Part shown: positions 1-9,779 of the stretch, piece by piece
How positions within the stretch are numbered: position 1 is the first letter of the stretch
Layout of the letters: each line of letters starts with the position of its first letter
DNA from: an uncultured Bacilli bacterium
GTDB taxonomy: Bacteria > Bacillota_I > Bacilli_A > RF39 > UBA660
Reading direction: 5' to 3'
Assembly: GCA_944363835.1 (NCBI GenBank)
Contig: CALVVJ010000002.1
Location: forward strand, 1-50,801
DNA length: 50,801 bases
The notes under the pieces: model-generated
Databases searched by the model: none
What the model saw: only the letters and a program-made list of their open reading frames with translations
What the model was told of the DNA's origin: nothing
Translations under genes and position numbers: made by a program

Positions 1-225
1 CAGTATAATTATGAAGACATATATTTGTTGTATTTCTTACGTATTCTTGGTTAATCACTATGTAGTCATAATATTAGTAATACTAGCAATTAGTCTCTCA
101 TCATGAATATTATTTTGATATAAAATTCTTCCATTATCCAAATCCATGACAATACTACTACTAGCACTTATTGCTCCAACTTTTAAAGGAAATAACAAAA
201 ATAATAAAAAAATTAACTTTTTCAT
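1..225 (-). pseudogene. 5' part of an S11 D-Ala-D-Ala carboxypeptidase-like gene, apparently disrupted; runs off the window
   Basis: ATG at 223-225. Translation is MKKLIFLLFLLFPLKVGAISASSSIVMDLDNGRILYQNNIHDERLIASITNIMTT, then TAG at 58-60. Family-like sequence (DYIVINQEYVRNTT...) continues in another frame down to position 1. The expected SxxK active-site motif reads SITN. Confidence 0.4.
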
Positions 226-247
226 ACGATTACCCCTATAAAAAGAT

Positions 248-1096
248 ATGAATTACGTGATAAAATATGTTTATGGAGGGGAGTTTATGGTTATACCTTA
301 TTCGAAATTTTATGGTAAAGTTTTAAAAAAACTAGTTTTAGAAGCAGAAGACTTTACTTACGATGATATATTGACTTACAAATTCCTATGCAATGCTTAT
401 AGAAATTTCCCAAATGATATTGATGAAAATAAATTTAAAGAATATATCGAAGCCACTTTTGAATTACCAGATCAAGTTTGTTTCTACATCTTAGTCTCTA
501 AACTAGGTAATACTTTATTTGAAAAAGATATCTATTACATTTCCGAACTATGTACTTCCTTGACCATCAAAGAAGTTTCACCCCAACATTACTTACCTTA
601 TGCCCGATTTTTTCTAAATGAACCAATATACTCCTTAATAATAAATATCAACGAAAACGTTTATCAACATGACTATTTATCAATTTTTGGAGCTATCATA
701 ACCTATTTTAATATAACCGATTTATCTGAAAGTGACTATAATAGAATAATTAAATTACTTAAAAAAATGCTAAATCAAGAATATCTAGTATTATTCCAAC
801 ACAGTTCTACTTTAGAAGATATTTACATAACATTATACAAAAAAATGCTTGAAATAAACAAAAATGGTTTTCCATTTACTCAAGCAGATTTCATAACAGT
901 TCAAACCTTAAAAAAATATCTAGCAACCAATGATCCTGAATTAATAAATGCCTTAAAAGAACGATTACTAGCTAGCGAAAACAATGCTTTTGATGCCTTA
1001 AATATAATCAGAAGTTGTTTAAAAATCATAAAAAAATACAATGAAAAAATTATTCCTTTAGAATTGTCAAGGAGAAAACATTATGAAAAAAAATAA
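248..1096 (+). CDS. hypothetical protein (tandem paralog A)
   Basis: 282-aa ORF. Shares the FPND motif and overall layout with the next ORF, which it overlaps by 14 nt. Confidence 0.6.
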   Translation: MNYVIKYVYGGEFMVIPYSKFYGKVLKKLVLEAEDFTYDDILTYKFLCNAYRNFPNDIDENKFKEYIEATFELPDQVCFYILVSKLGNTLFEKDIYYISELCTSLTIKEVSPQHYLPYARFFLNEPIYSLIININENVYQHDYLSIFGAIITYFNITDLSESDYNRIIKLLKKMLNQEYLVLFQHSSTLEDIYITLYKKMLEINKNGFPFTQADFITVQTLKKYLATNDPELINALKERLLASENNAFDALNIIRSCLKIIKKYNEKIIPLELSRRKHYEKK

Positions 1097-1886
1097 AATT
1101 ATCGATTACTTTCAGTTTAATCTATTACGCCTTAAAAAACTTGTTAATAACAACGCAGATATGAAAGATGAAATCTATCTGATTATGTTTAACCATTGCA
1201 TCGATAGTTTCCCTAATGACCCTTGGTTTGCTATCAAAGACTCTTTTTTAAATCACTTAGAATACCGCGACCCCAACTGGATTTTAATCTATACTATTAT
1301 TGCTTATAAAATAGGACCATCTTTTACTGAAGCTTCTCCCATATTTATTGAAGATCTTGTAAATAATCTAATCACTTATAAAATAAAACCCCTTAAATTA
1401 CATAAATGTGCTACTTTTTTTACTGAAAAACCGCTTTCAGATACTATAACTTACGCCTTAGAAATGAAAGGAATACCTCCAAAATATATTATTAGATTAG
1501 TCTTAGAAAATTTTGATCCAGCAATCCTTAATCATCAAACTAAACATGAGATTTATGCTACAATTAAAAATTTTATCTCCGAATTTTCTTTTCAAATTTT
1601 TGATGGTAACTATAGTTTCTTCAATATTTATAAATGCTTAAAAAGAATTTGGGACAATTACTTAATTTTAGAATTACCTAGCTTAAACTTTCAAGATATC
1701 GAACTACTATTAAGTTTTAACGAACTACCTAGTGAAGAATTAAAAAGAAAAGCTGAAAGAGACTTTGCAGCCATAGAAAAAAAAGATGCAAGCATCTCTC
1801 AAAAATTTTCTGATTGTCTTCTTATTATAACTAAATACTCATATGAATTACCTAAATATGTTCCCCAACTTAATTTGAAATCTTAA
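1083..1886 (+). CDS. hypothetical protein (tandem paralog B)
   Basis: 267-aa ORF with loose similarity to the preceding ORF (e.g. ...SFPNDPW...). The overlapping start suggests an operon. Confidence 0.6.
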   Translation: MKKNKIIDYFQFNLLRLKKLVNNNADMKDEIYLIMFNHCIDSFPNDPWFAIKDSFLNHLEYRDPNWILIYTIIAYKIGPSFTEASPIFIEDLVNNLITYKIKPLKLHKCATFFTEKPLSDTITYALEMKGIPPKYIIRLVLENFDPAILNHQTKHEIYATIKNFISEFSFQIFDGNYSFFNIYKCLKRIWDNYLILELPSLNFQDIELLLSFNELPSEELKRKAERDFAAIEKKDASISQKFSDCLLIITKYSYELPKYVPQLNLKS

Positions 1887-1888
1887 TA

Positions 1889-2449
1889 TTATGCTTGGTC
1901 ATAATTATATATACCATGAATTTTTTCTAAATCCTCTTGACTCAATTCTAATATTTGCCAATTGCCATCATCATTCTTTTCCAAATTAAATGTTATAGTA
2001 TATTCTACTGTATCATTATTATCTTGCATTTGTTCTAACTTATAATCCATGAATTTCGAACTATCGTAATTACCTTCTTCATCATTAAATTCTTCACTAT
2101 GTTCATTTAAATATTGAGTAGCATCCTTCTGTGGTTTATATAAATCATATACAGTTATCTTTGCTTCAACTACTGCTGTATCTCCATCATATTCTTCATT
2201 CACAATTTCATAATTCAAATCGGAATATTGTTTTTTCAAAATATCACGATATTTTTCTTTTTGTTCTTCATTCAAATCAGTTTCAGCATCGACAACTTCA
2301 TCTAAGTCTCCCAAAACATTAGCACTTAAATTACGATATTGATCTAAAAATTCTTCCACTCTATTTCGGGCTGTCATTTGCATACAACTACAACCAACTA
2401 AAGCTAATGAAAATACCATAACTAACATTATTTTTACTATTTTTTTCAT
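1889..2449 (-). CDS. putative lipoprotein
   Basis: N-terminus MKKIVKIMLVMVFSLALVGCS has a signal peptide plus lipobox Cys. The mature part is acidic. Confidence 0.7.
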   Translation of the reverse strand: MKKIVKIMLVMVFSLALVGCSCMQMTARNRVEEFLDQYRNLSANVLGDLDEVVDAETDLNEEQKEKYRDILKKQYSDLNYEIVNEEYDGDTAVVEAKITVYDLYKPQKDATQYLNEHSEEFNDEEGNYDSSKFMDYKLEQMQDNNDTVEYTITFNLEKNDDGNWQILELSQEDLEKIHGIYNYDQA

Positions 2450-2493
2450 CTACTACCATCCTTACAATAATAGCATTTCCAATATATCCAATT

Positions 2494-3123
2494 TTATACA
2501 TTATTATAACTAAGTTTAATTAAATCATATACTTTTAATTCTCTTTCTGTAATTTCTCCCTTTAATCTATCTTGCATATCTTGTAACATTTCTGCCACAT
2601 TATTTTTGCTTTTCCAAAACCATTCATTATACAAAAAAACTATTTTTTCCCATTCCTTTTTCTTATATAACATATTAATTTCTAAACTTATAAAATCTTT
2701 AATCTTCTTTTCCATCCTTAAATCTTTATTATAACCTATCTTTTTTATAACCTTATAATCTAACTTATACATTGGAATAGAATAAAGAAATTCTAAAACA
2801 CCACATTCATCACTAACAGTCAAAAAACTTCTAGCAATAGTTGCACCATTCGAAGCAAACTCTAACACAATTGCCCCATTCTTACTAACAAACAAAGCCA
2901 CATACTGCAAAGTATCCTTTTTTAACTTTGTTTTATTCAAAATACTTTCTAAAAAATACTTTGAGACAACTATTTCATTATTGATAATTTCTTTTAAAAC
3001 CTTTGTAGTAACTTGAAAAACCGGAATTTTTTTAACTAATTCCACACTATCATTTTCATCCCACTCGTAAAACATATAGTTATTTTCTTGAAAATTTACT
3101 GTTATATCGTAATAAAAGTTCAT
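2494..3123 (-). CDS. hypothetical protein
   Basis: 209-aa ORF with no motif I recognise. Confidence 0.55.
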   Translation of the reverse strand: MNFYYDITVNFQENNYMFYEWDENDSVELVKKIPVFQVTTKVLKEIINNEIVVSKYFLESILNKTKLKKDTLQYVALFVSKNGAIVLEFASNGATIARSFLTVSDECGVLEFLYSIPMYKLDYKVIKKIGYNKDLRMEKKIKDFISLEINMLYKKKEWEKIVFLYNEWFWKSKNNVAEMLQDMQDRLKGEITERELKVYDLIKLSYNNV

Positions 3124-3319
3124 CTTTTATAATCCGCCCCATTCCTTTATAAATAAATAATATTCCTAATAAAATAAAAATGATAAAACCTTTACTAATA
3201 ATAAAATAAACAAATTCTAAAAAAGTATACCCAATTACCAATAAATTTAAATAAATAATTATAAAAAACAAACTAATACTTATAAATATTATTCCTAATA
3301 ATAAATAAAATATTCTCAT
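3080..3319 (-). CDS. small hydrophobic membrane protein
   Basis: 79-aa ORF with two or three predicted TM stretches. It overlaps the downstream gene start by 44 nt. Confidence 0.45.
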   Translation of the reverse strand: MRIFYLLLGIIFISISLFFIIIYLNLLVIGYTFLEFVYFIISKGFIIFILLGILFIYKGMGRIIKDELLLRYNSKFSRK

Positions 3320-3356
3320 ACTAAAATATATATGTTAAAATAAATAAGGTGATGTT

Positions 3357-3974
3357 ATGAAAAAAATACTTACAAGTCTTTTAATTTTATGCAGTCTATT
3401 TTTATTAAGTGGTTGTTCTAAAGATAACGAGCAAGAAATAACTGACAATCCTATAGTTACCATGGAAATAGCAAACTATGGAACAATAAAGATCGAGTTA
3501 TATCCCGAATATGCTCCAAATACTGTTGCTAACTTTGTCAATTTAATTGAAAAAGGATTTTATGACGGTCTAACATTCCATCGCCTAGTTCCAGGCTTTG
3601 TCTTACAAGGTGGTGACCCTGAAGGCAATGGAACCGGAGGACCAGGTTATACAATCGATGGTGAATTCAAAGCAAATGACTATGAAAAAAACACTCTAAG
3701 TCATGATAAAGGCGTGATTTCCATGGCTAGAAGTAGTGATTATGATTCTGCTGGCAGTCAATTTTTTATCGTTTTAGATGATTCTGCCAAAGCATCTTTA
3801 GATAATCTTTATGCTGGCTTTGGTAAAGTTATCGAAGGCATAGACATAATCGAAGAAATCGAAGAATCTGAAGAAACCGAAAATAATATAACTGGAGCAC
3901 TCGCTGAAAATATTACCATAACTAAAGTTACTGTTGATACTTTTGGCTATGACTATGAAGTTAAAAAGAATTAA
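3357..3974 (+). CDS. cyclophilin-type peptidyl-prolyl cis-trans isomerase, lipoprotein
   Basis: Lipobox LLSGCS. Cyclophilin motifs FHRLVPGFVLQGGDP and SMARS...GSQFFI. GGTGA RBS before the ATG. Confidence 0.9.
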   Translation: MKKILTSLLILCSLFLLSGCSKDNEQEITDNPIVTMEIANYGTIKIELYPEYAPNTVANFVNLIEKGFYDGLTFHRLVPGFVLQGGDPEGNGTGGPGYTIDGEFKANDYEKNTLSHDKGVISMARSSDYDSAGSQFFIVLDDSAKASLDNLYAGFGKVIEGIDIIEEIEESEETENNITGALAENITITKVTVDTFGYDYEVKKN

Positions 3975-4801
3975 ATTGCTGGTTTATCAAATGCTATATC
4001 AGCAATTTTTTTCTGTGACAAATTATCATGTATTTGTTCTAATAAGGCCATACAATCTTTTAAAGCTAAATTATAAAGTTTATTAAACTCTTTCAAATAT
4101 TCTTCTCTAACTTTCATTTTTTCTTTTTCTTTATATTTTAAGGCTAAAAAACCGAACTTTTGCTGATCGGCGCAACTAAATGTATCTATAATTTTATAAG
4201 CAATTTTCTTTATTCCTAATTTATCTTTTCTATATATCCTTATAAAACCTTTCATATTACTAATTCCTTCACTAAATAAATCTCCCATATTGGTAATATT
4301 ATATATTTTTTCAAATATCCTATTTAAACTATCAATGCTATCTTTTCCTATTTTAACTTTAGGAATACTATACTTATAAGGATTCATAACTATTACATCG
4401 ATAATGCTTTCTAACATTTCATGCTTGCCATTATTTTGCCAAGTCATCATATCATTCTTATCAAAATAAAACATACTATTTATCCAAGGATGAATATGAG
4501 AATCTAATACATGATGAGCAATATAACCATAGAGTAAATATTCTAATTCTTCATTGTCAGTTTTAAGTATTTCTTCTTGCCAACATTTAACTAACTTAGC
4601 AAAATTATCTTTGGCTATTATCTTAGCCATTGCACTTTGTTTACCAAATTTTTTAAAGTTTCTAAGCTTAATAAAAAATAACAAATCATGACCTTGACCT
4701 GCAATTAAGAATAGTTCTTTTGGTTTGTCAAAACCTAAATTTACCGACAAATCTTCCATAAACTTAAAGTGAGAAAACGTTCCTGCCATAATGCACCTCA
4801 T
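3971..4801 (-). CDS. zinc-dependent phospholipase C-like family protein
   Basis: His-rich motifs (FSHFKF, GQGHD, IAHHVLDSHIHP) resemble the Zn-dependent PLC fold. The start may instead be the internal ATG at 4789, preceded by GAGGTG. Confidence 0.5.
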   Translation of the reverse strand: MRCIMAGTFSHFKFMEDLSVNLGFDKPKELFLIAGQGHDLLFFIKLRNFKKFGKQSAMAKIIAKDNFAKLVKCWQEEILKTDNEELEYLLYGYIAHHVLDSHIHPWINSMFYFDKNDMMTWQNNGKHEMLESIIDVIVMNPYKYSIPKVKIGKDSIDSLNRIFEKIYNITNMGDLFSEGISNMKGFIRIYRKDKLGIKKIAYKIIDTFSCADQQKFGFLALKYKEKEKMKVREEYLKEFNKLYNLALKDCMALLEQIHDNLSQKKIADIAFDKPAI

Positions 4802-4858
4802 TAAATAAATTATAGTGCATTTTTTTAAATATTGCTATATAATTATATTGGTGATAAT

Positions 4859-5668
4859 ATGAACATTATAACTTATCTAATTTTAGGAATAATTCAAGGT
4901 ATAACAGAACCATTACCAATATCTAGTAGTGGTCATATATTTTTATTCAAAAATATATTCAATACAACCATGTTTGACAGCCTAAACTTTGAAATAGTTT
5001 CTAATTTCGGCTCATTTATTGCTATATTTATTATCTTTTGGAAAGACATAAAAGAACTTATAGTTGCCTTCTTTAGTTATATTTTCAAAAAAGAAACTAG
5101 AAAAGACAATTTAGCTAAGTTTAAATATTGTTTATTCGTCATTATAAGTACTATTCCTGTTGGAATAACTGGATTTATTTTCAAAGATAAATTAGAAAGC
5201 ATGTATTCCTTAAATGGCTTAGCTATAGCCTTTTTAATAACTGCCCTTGCTTTATTCATCGTTCGCAATATGAAAGGTTCTAAAAATGATTATGATATAA
5301 CTTTAAAAGATGCTATTCTTATCGGACTTCTTCAAGCTGTAACAATTATACCGGGAATAAGTCGAAGTGGAACTGTTTTAGTAGCATGCCTTCTATGTGG
5401 TTTAAAAAGAGATACAGCACTAAAATACACCTTTATTCTTTATTTCCCTGTTAGTGTTGCTACTATGATTCTAGGAGTTAGTGATTTAGTTAATACTGCT
5501 GAATTATCGAACATGCTAGTTCCATATCTAATAGGTATGATTGCTGCTGGCATTGTTACTTATTTTTCTTATCGTTGGCTTAGTAACTGGGTTAAAAATG
5601 GTAAGCTTTGGAAATTTTCCATCTACTGTGTAATCTTAGCAATATTTATATTTATATATTTTAGATAA
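4859..5668 (+). CDS. uppP: undecaprenyl-diphosphate phosphatase
   Basis: BacA/UppP motifs GIIQGITEPLPISSSGH and PGISRSG; polytopic membrane protein. The ORF-track TTG start at 4832 would include a TATAAT box (4838-4843), so the ATG at 4859 is preferred. Confidence 0.9.
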   Translation: MNIITYLILGIIQGITEPLPISSSGHIFLFKNIFNTTMFDSLNFEIVSNFGSFIAIFIIFWKDIKELIVAFFSYIFKKETRKDNLAKFKYCLFVIISTIPVGITGFIFKDKLESMYSLNGLAIAFLITALALFIVRNMKGSKNDYDITLKDAILIGLLQAVTIIPGISRSGTVLVACLLCGLKRDTALKYTFILYFPVSVATMILGVSDLVNTAELSNMLVPYLIGMIAAGIVTYFSYRWLSNWVKNGKLWKFSIYCVILAIFIFIYFR

Positions 5669-5692
5669 TTGAAAAAGTGGTGTCAGTTTTGA

Positions 5693-6679
5693 ATGAAGAA
5701 AAGAAAGAAAAAACTAAAGTTAAAATTTATTCTAGTATTTATCCTTTTTATGATTGGTTTAATTTGTTATATTTCCTATGCACTTCAAAAAAGAGCAGAG
5801 GCTATCGCTGAATTAGAAAGACAATATGAAGAACTTAGGATTGAAAAAGAAAAAAAAGAAGCCTATAACGCTTGTCTAGAAGAACCATATAAAGATGCCA
5901 TCATCGACGATTTATTCAATGAACTCTTAGCAACCTTAGATTCATCAAATATATCCATTTATTTTGAAGAGATAAACAATGACTATACATTTACCTTTAA
6001 TGAAAACAAAAATCAATATGCCGCTTCTATAATCAAATTATATGCTGCTTCTTATTTATTAGATAATGCTAGAAATGGTAATATTAATTTAAATGATACA
6101 ATCACTTATACTTCCAACTACGTCTCTATTGCTGGTTTAAAACTTAAAACTAGAACCGTTGGAGAAGAAATAACCATAAGTGACTTGATTGATTATAGCA
6201 TATCCGTAAGTGACAATGGCGCATACAGAATGCTTAGTAATTACATTGGAGTAGAAACACTAAAAGAATATGCTAAAAATACTCTAGATGTCAATTTAAC
6301 GATTACAGAAAGTGATAGATTCGGCACTTTAGATGTTACAGACACTAATAAACTTCTAAATCATATATATGAATTCATTCAAACAGATGACGAATATACT
6401 GATTTATTAGTTAATGCCATGAATAACACCTATTATAATGGGCTTAATTTCGACAATATTACATTCCTTCACAAATACGGTTACTATGGTTATTATTTCA
6501 ATAACATCGGTATTTATAATTCCGATAATCCATATTTAATATCCATCTTTACTCTTTATGGTAACCCTGATGAAGGAGCATTAACTAAAGTAAATGAAAT
6601 AAGCAAACAAATATACAATATCTATAATACCAACCTAGAATTAAAAGAAGACTATTGCTATAGTCTTGCTTATGAATAG
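5693..6679 (+). CDS. membrane-anchored serine hydrolase (class A beta-lactamase / PBP-like)
   Basis: N-terminal TM anchor. SxxK (SIIK) and SDN (SVSDNG) motifs in the expected order. Confidence 0.65.
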   Translation: MKKRKKKLKLKFILVFILFMIGLICYISYALQKRAEAIAELERQYEELRIEKEKKEAYNACLEEPYKDAIIDDLFNELLATLDSSNISIYFEEINNDYTFTFNENKNQYAASIIKLYAASYLLDNARNGNINLNDTITYTSNYVSIAGLKLKTRTVGEEITISDLIDYSISVSDNGAYRMLSNYIGVETLKEYAKNTLDVNLTITESDRFGTLDVTDTNKLLNHIYEFIQTDDEYTDLLVNAMNNTYYNGLNFDNITFLHKYGYYGYYFNNIGIYNSDNPYLISIFTLYGNPDEGALTKVNEISKQIYNIYNTNLELKEDYCYSLAYE

Positions 6680-6713
6680 AATACCATGTGTATTCTTTTT
6701 AATTTATTTAAAA

Positions 6714-7854
6714 TCATGCAATTCTGTAAGGATCTATTTGAGTACCGGAACCAGACATGTATTCAACATCAGAGTTTAGGTAAAATACAGTCCTAACATT
6801 ATAAGAAGCCTGACTATATAAATAATTAGACCAAATTTCGCCAACATCATTTATATATAAAGCATTTGTAACATCGCTTTCGAAACGACCTCCTGAAACA
6901 ATAGTCCATTCAAAAATACCTGTATATAACCAATTAGAAGATGCATAAATACTATATCCAGATCCCAATGATGTTGACCAAGAATTTGGAGTTCCTGCAT
7001 ATCCATAATCATGCATATACATTAAGCCTATTTTTCTTTGAGTGGTTGATGTTTGATTTATTTCATTATTATATGTTTCCTTTACGGTTGCACCAAAAAA
7101 GCATCCTCCTGTATGCCATATTGCATTTTCAATATAACTTGACCAATTTCCTAATCCATTTAAATAAGTTCCATTAAGTACATCATTATTTAATGTAGCT
7201 ACACTCCACCGATCAACAACAGCCATATCAGATGAACCATAATAATAAGAACCAATACTAGAATATTTTATTATTTTTACTTCATTATTAAAAACACCAA
7301 TAATTCTATATAAATATTCATCAGAACAATTAGTAACATCAGTCCCAAAACATATGTAATTATTTGGATTTGCTCCCGCATAGCGATAACTATTATCTCC
7401 GGCTTCTTGATACGAATATATTCCTACACCATCATGATAATATATATCGTTTACTCCATCTACTTGATATAATGCCTTAATATAATCTGCTAAATAAATC
7501 GTTTCAACTCCAATATCAATAAACATAACATTTATCACTGCTGTTAGTTTGCAATACTACTTTTTTAGTTTCACTATTCCAAGATAAACTTCCACCATTT
7601 TCACATTTTGATAACTCTGTATTAAATGTATATCCCTCATATGGCCAAGAAGTATCACTTACAATTTGATATTCCCCACTACCTTCTGAAGTTTCATACA
7701 TCATAGTTAAGGCATTAGTATTTACATTTTTTTTACTACTTACATCATTTTCTACAATTAATTTATCATTACTGCTATTTACACTACTATAAATCAAACA
7801 ACTTAATCCCAATATTAATAACACACTACTTACCAACAAAATCTTCTTATTCAT
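6714..7854 (-). pseudogene. secreted protein of unknown function, paralog of 13295..14875, split by a frameshift
   Basis: Two ORFs (7516..7854 carrying a signal anchor, and 6714..7538) overlap in different frames. The C-terminal part matches the paralog (YRYAGANPNNYICFG, LYRIIG, WHTGG, IGLMYMHDYGYA, FYLNSDVEYMSGSGTQIDPYRI). The frames join if one T is removed from the T-run at 7521-7523. Confidence 0.55.
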
Positions 7855-7902
7855 AGTACCACCATAACTACATTTTAAAACCTATAAAATAATTACAATT
7901 GA

Positions 7903-7952
7903 ATTTACACCTTATAGGGTGTAAATCTAATACATTTAATTAGATGTATTAG
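7903..7952. promoter_or_regulatory. two adjacent perfect 9-bp inverted repeats (candidate operators) in a divergent promoter region
   Basis: ATTTACACC-6nt-GGTGTAAAT at 7903-7926 is followed directly by CTAATACAT-8nt-ATGTATTAG at 7927-7952. They lie between the paralog gene and the XRE gene. Confidence 0.5.
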
Positions 7953-7974
7953 AAAATATTACTAAGTGGTAAGA

Positions 7975-8205
7975 ATGTATTATAATAGAATTAGAGAAGT
8001 TAGAGAAGATAAAGGCTACACACAAAAAGATATTGCTAAAGTTTTAAATACAACTCAACAACAATATTCCAAATATGAATTAGGTATTCAAATAATCCCC
8101 TTAGAAAAAATAAATATTTTAGCTAACTTATATCAAACATCCATAGACTATCTTATAGGTAGAACTGATGTAAGAAAGCCATACCCTAAATCAATACTAA
8201 AATAA
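7975..8205 (+). CDS. XRE-family helix-turn-helix transcriptional regulator
   Basis: HTH_3 signature: IREVREDKGYTQKDIAKVLNTTQQQYSKYELG...L..LA..Y..S.DYL.G. The ATG at 7975 is preferred over the GTG at 7966. Confidence 0.8.
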   Translation: MYYNRIREVREDKGYTQKDIAKVLNTTQQQYSKYELGIQIIPLEKINILANLYQTSIDYLIGRTDVRKPYPKSILK

Positions 8206-8215
8206 CACATAAAAA

Positions 8216-8237
8216 AGGAAGAATTATTCATCTTCCT
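8216..8237 (-). terminator. hairpin terminator, probably for the minus-strand two-component operon
   Basis: AGGAAGA-8nt-TCTTCCT. An A-run on the plus side gives a T-run after the hairpin on the minus strand. Confidence 0.45.
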
Positions 8238-8387
8238 ATAAAGTGTGAGTTTTGAGTTTATATGTTAATTGTGTATAGTTTGTATGTTTTATAATACAAT
8301 ATTCTTTATCTTATTTGCATCCCTCCTTCATTACACTTACATCATACTTTAGAATTATGAAGTTTTTGTGTTAGAAGTATGAAATTC

Positions 8388-9779
8388 CTATATTTTTATC
8401 TTAAAATAGAAAGTTGTACCTTTTTTTAACACACTCTTGACACCATATTCGTAATTATGCAACTCCAGTATTTGTTTAACTATTGACAAACCTAAACCTG
8501 TCGAAACAACATTACGTTTATGATTCTTATCATTTTTATAATATTTATCCCAAATATAAGGTATCTCTTCTTCTTTTATACCTTTACCAGTATCTATTAT
8601 TTCTACAAGATAATATTTCTTATGTTTTGTAACTCTAATTGTCACTTTCTTATCATCACCAGTATAATTAATCGCGTTATTAACTAAATTATAAATAACT
8701 TGATTAATTTTTTTCTTATCGGCTTTAATCATAGCTGTTTCTGGTTCTTCAACATTTATTGTATATTTCTCTGTTTCTTTAATTATTTGATATTTCTTGA
8801 CAATCGAATTTATTTCACTAACTAAATCAAATTTTTCCAATTTCAAAACATCAGCATTAGACTGCATCTTTGATAAATCAAGTATATCATTAACTAATAC
8901 TGTCAAACGATCTGTTTCATCAACAATAATCCCTAAATGTTCATTCATTTTATCCTTATCTTTATAAGATATATCTCTAATCATTTCAGCATAAGCCTTA
9001 ATCATTGTAAGAGGAGTCTTCAAATCATGAGAAACATTTGCCATTAAATCCCTTCGAAGTTCATCAGTTTTTGCCATTTCTTTCTGTGCTTGGGATAAAG
9101 TCTCTGCTAATTCATCTATTTCTTTAATCCCCGACTCTTTGAATTCAACATCTGAATTTCCACTACCAAGTTTTCTAGCCTTCTTAGTAATTTCTGTAAT
9201 CGGATCAGTAATCTTAGAAGATAAGAAAATTGAAATAATTACCGCAATAAAAATACCCAAAATACAAACATACATAAGTTGTCTTTTAATAATAAGAGTA
9301 AATTCTGAAATATCTTCCAAATTAGAATATATAAACATATAATTACTATTTGTTTTTAAACCGTACATTAAAGCTGAAACATGCTTAGCGTCATTGACAA
9401 ATTGATAAGATTTAAAACTTGATTCAGAATCTATAAATTGCAACATTAATTCTCTAGCTTGTGTATTGCTCGAACTTAAAGGACAACCATTCATATTAGC
9501 ATTATATGTAGCAATAATACCTGTATCACTAGTTATAGCAATACAAACTTCATTTTGATAAGCAACATCTTGTAATAATGTACCTATCTCTTCAGCACTA
9601 GCATTCTTAAGAGAACTAACAATACTATCCATATTATTTATTTGCTCTTTTTCATAATAAAAATCAAATATTGATATTTGACAAATCCATAATAAAACAA
9701 TAATTACAATATTAAAAGTAAGTAAATATATTAAAGTCTTAGCTTGAATACTAGTTTTCTTTTTGTTCTTCATATTCAA
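8388..9779 (-). CDS. sensor histidine kinase
   Basis: Two TM segments plus a HAMP-like linker. H-box SHDLKTPLT, N-box NLVNNAINYT, G-boxes DTGKGI and GLGLSIV. Confidence 0.9.
   Translation of the reverse strand: MNMKNKKKTSIQAKTLIYLLTFNIVIIVLLWICQISIFDFYYEKEQINNMDSIVSSLKNASAEEIGTLLQDVAYQNEVCIAITSDTGIIATYNANMNGCPLSSSNTQARELMLQFIDSESSFKSYQFVNDAKHVSALMYGLKTNSNYMFIYSNLEDISEFTLIIKRQLMYVCILGIFIAVIISIFLSSKITDPITEITKKARKLGSGNSDVEFKESGIKEIDELAETLSQAQKEMAKTDELRRDLMANVSHDLKTPLTMIKAYAEMIRDISYKDKDKMNEHLGIIVDETDRLTVLVNDILDLSKMQSNADVLKLEKFDLVSEINSIVKKYQIIKETEKYTINVEEPETAMIKADKKKINQVIYNLVNNAINYTGDDKKVTIRVTKHKKYYLVEIIDTGKGIKEEEIPYIWDKYYKNDKNHKRNVVSTGLGLSIVKQILELHNYEYGVKSVLKKGTTFYFKIKI

Noticed and set aside
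2131-2322. A set of short ORFs antisense to larger genes (this one and 5077..5268, 6941..7177, 9139..9342, 10199..10441, 10487..10669, 11402..11599, 15138..15359, 17414..17608, 17759..17947, 18168..18371, 18707..18979, 20362..20688, 21211..21414, 22696..22911, 23139..23402, 25863..26054, 27926..28162, 33093..33278, 33925..34170, 34469..34816, 34984..35229, 35749..35937, 41626..41820, 42817..43014, 45625..45978, 45662..45844, 49388..49576)
   Set aside because: Each lies entirely or almost entirely within a longer ORF that has clear family motifs. Most are on the opposite strand; 23139..23402, 42817..43014 and 49388..49576 are same-strand, out-of-frame overlaps. In AT-rich DNA such shadow ORFs are expected, and none has an RBS or a recognisable motif.
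8238-8387. A 150-nt gene-free stretch after the histidine kinase, containing a GAAGGAGGG motif and a tiny ORF (MKEGCK)
   Set aside because: The ORF is only 6 codons and the SD-to-ATG spacing is wrong. It more probably belongs to the 3' UTR before the terminator at 8216-8237.
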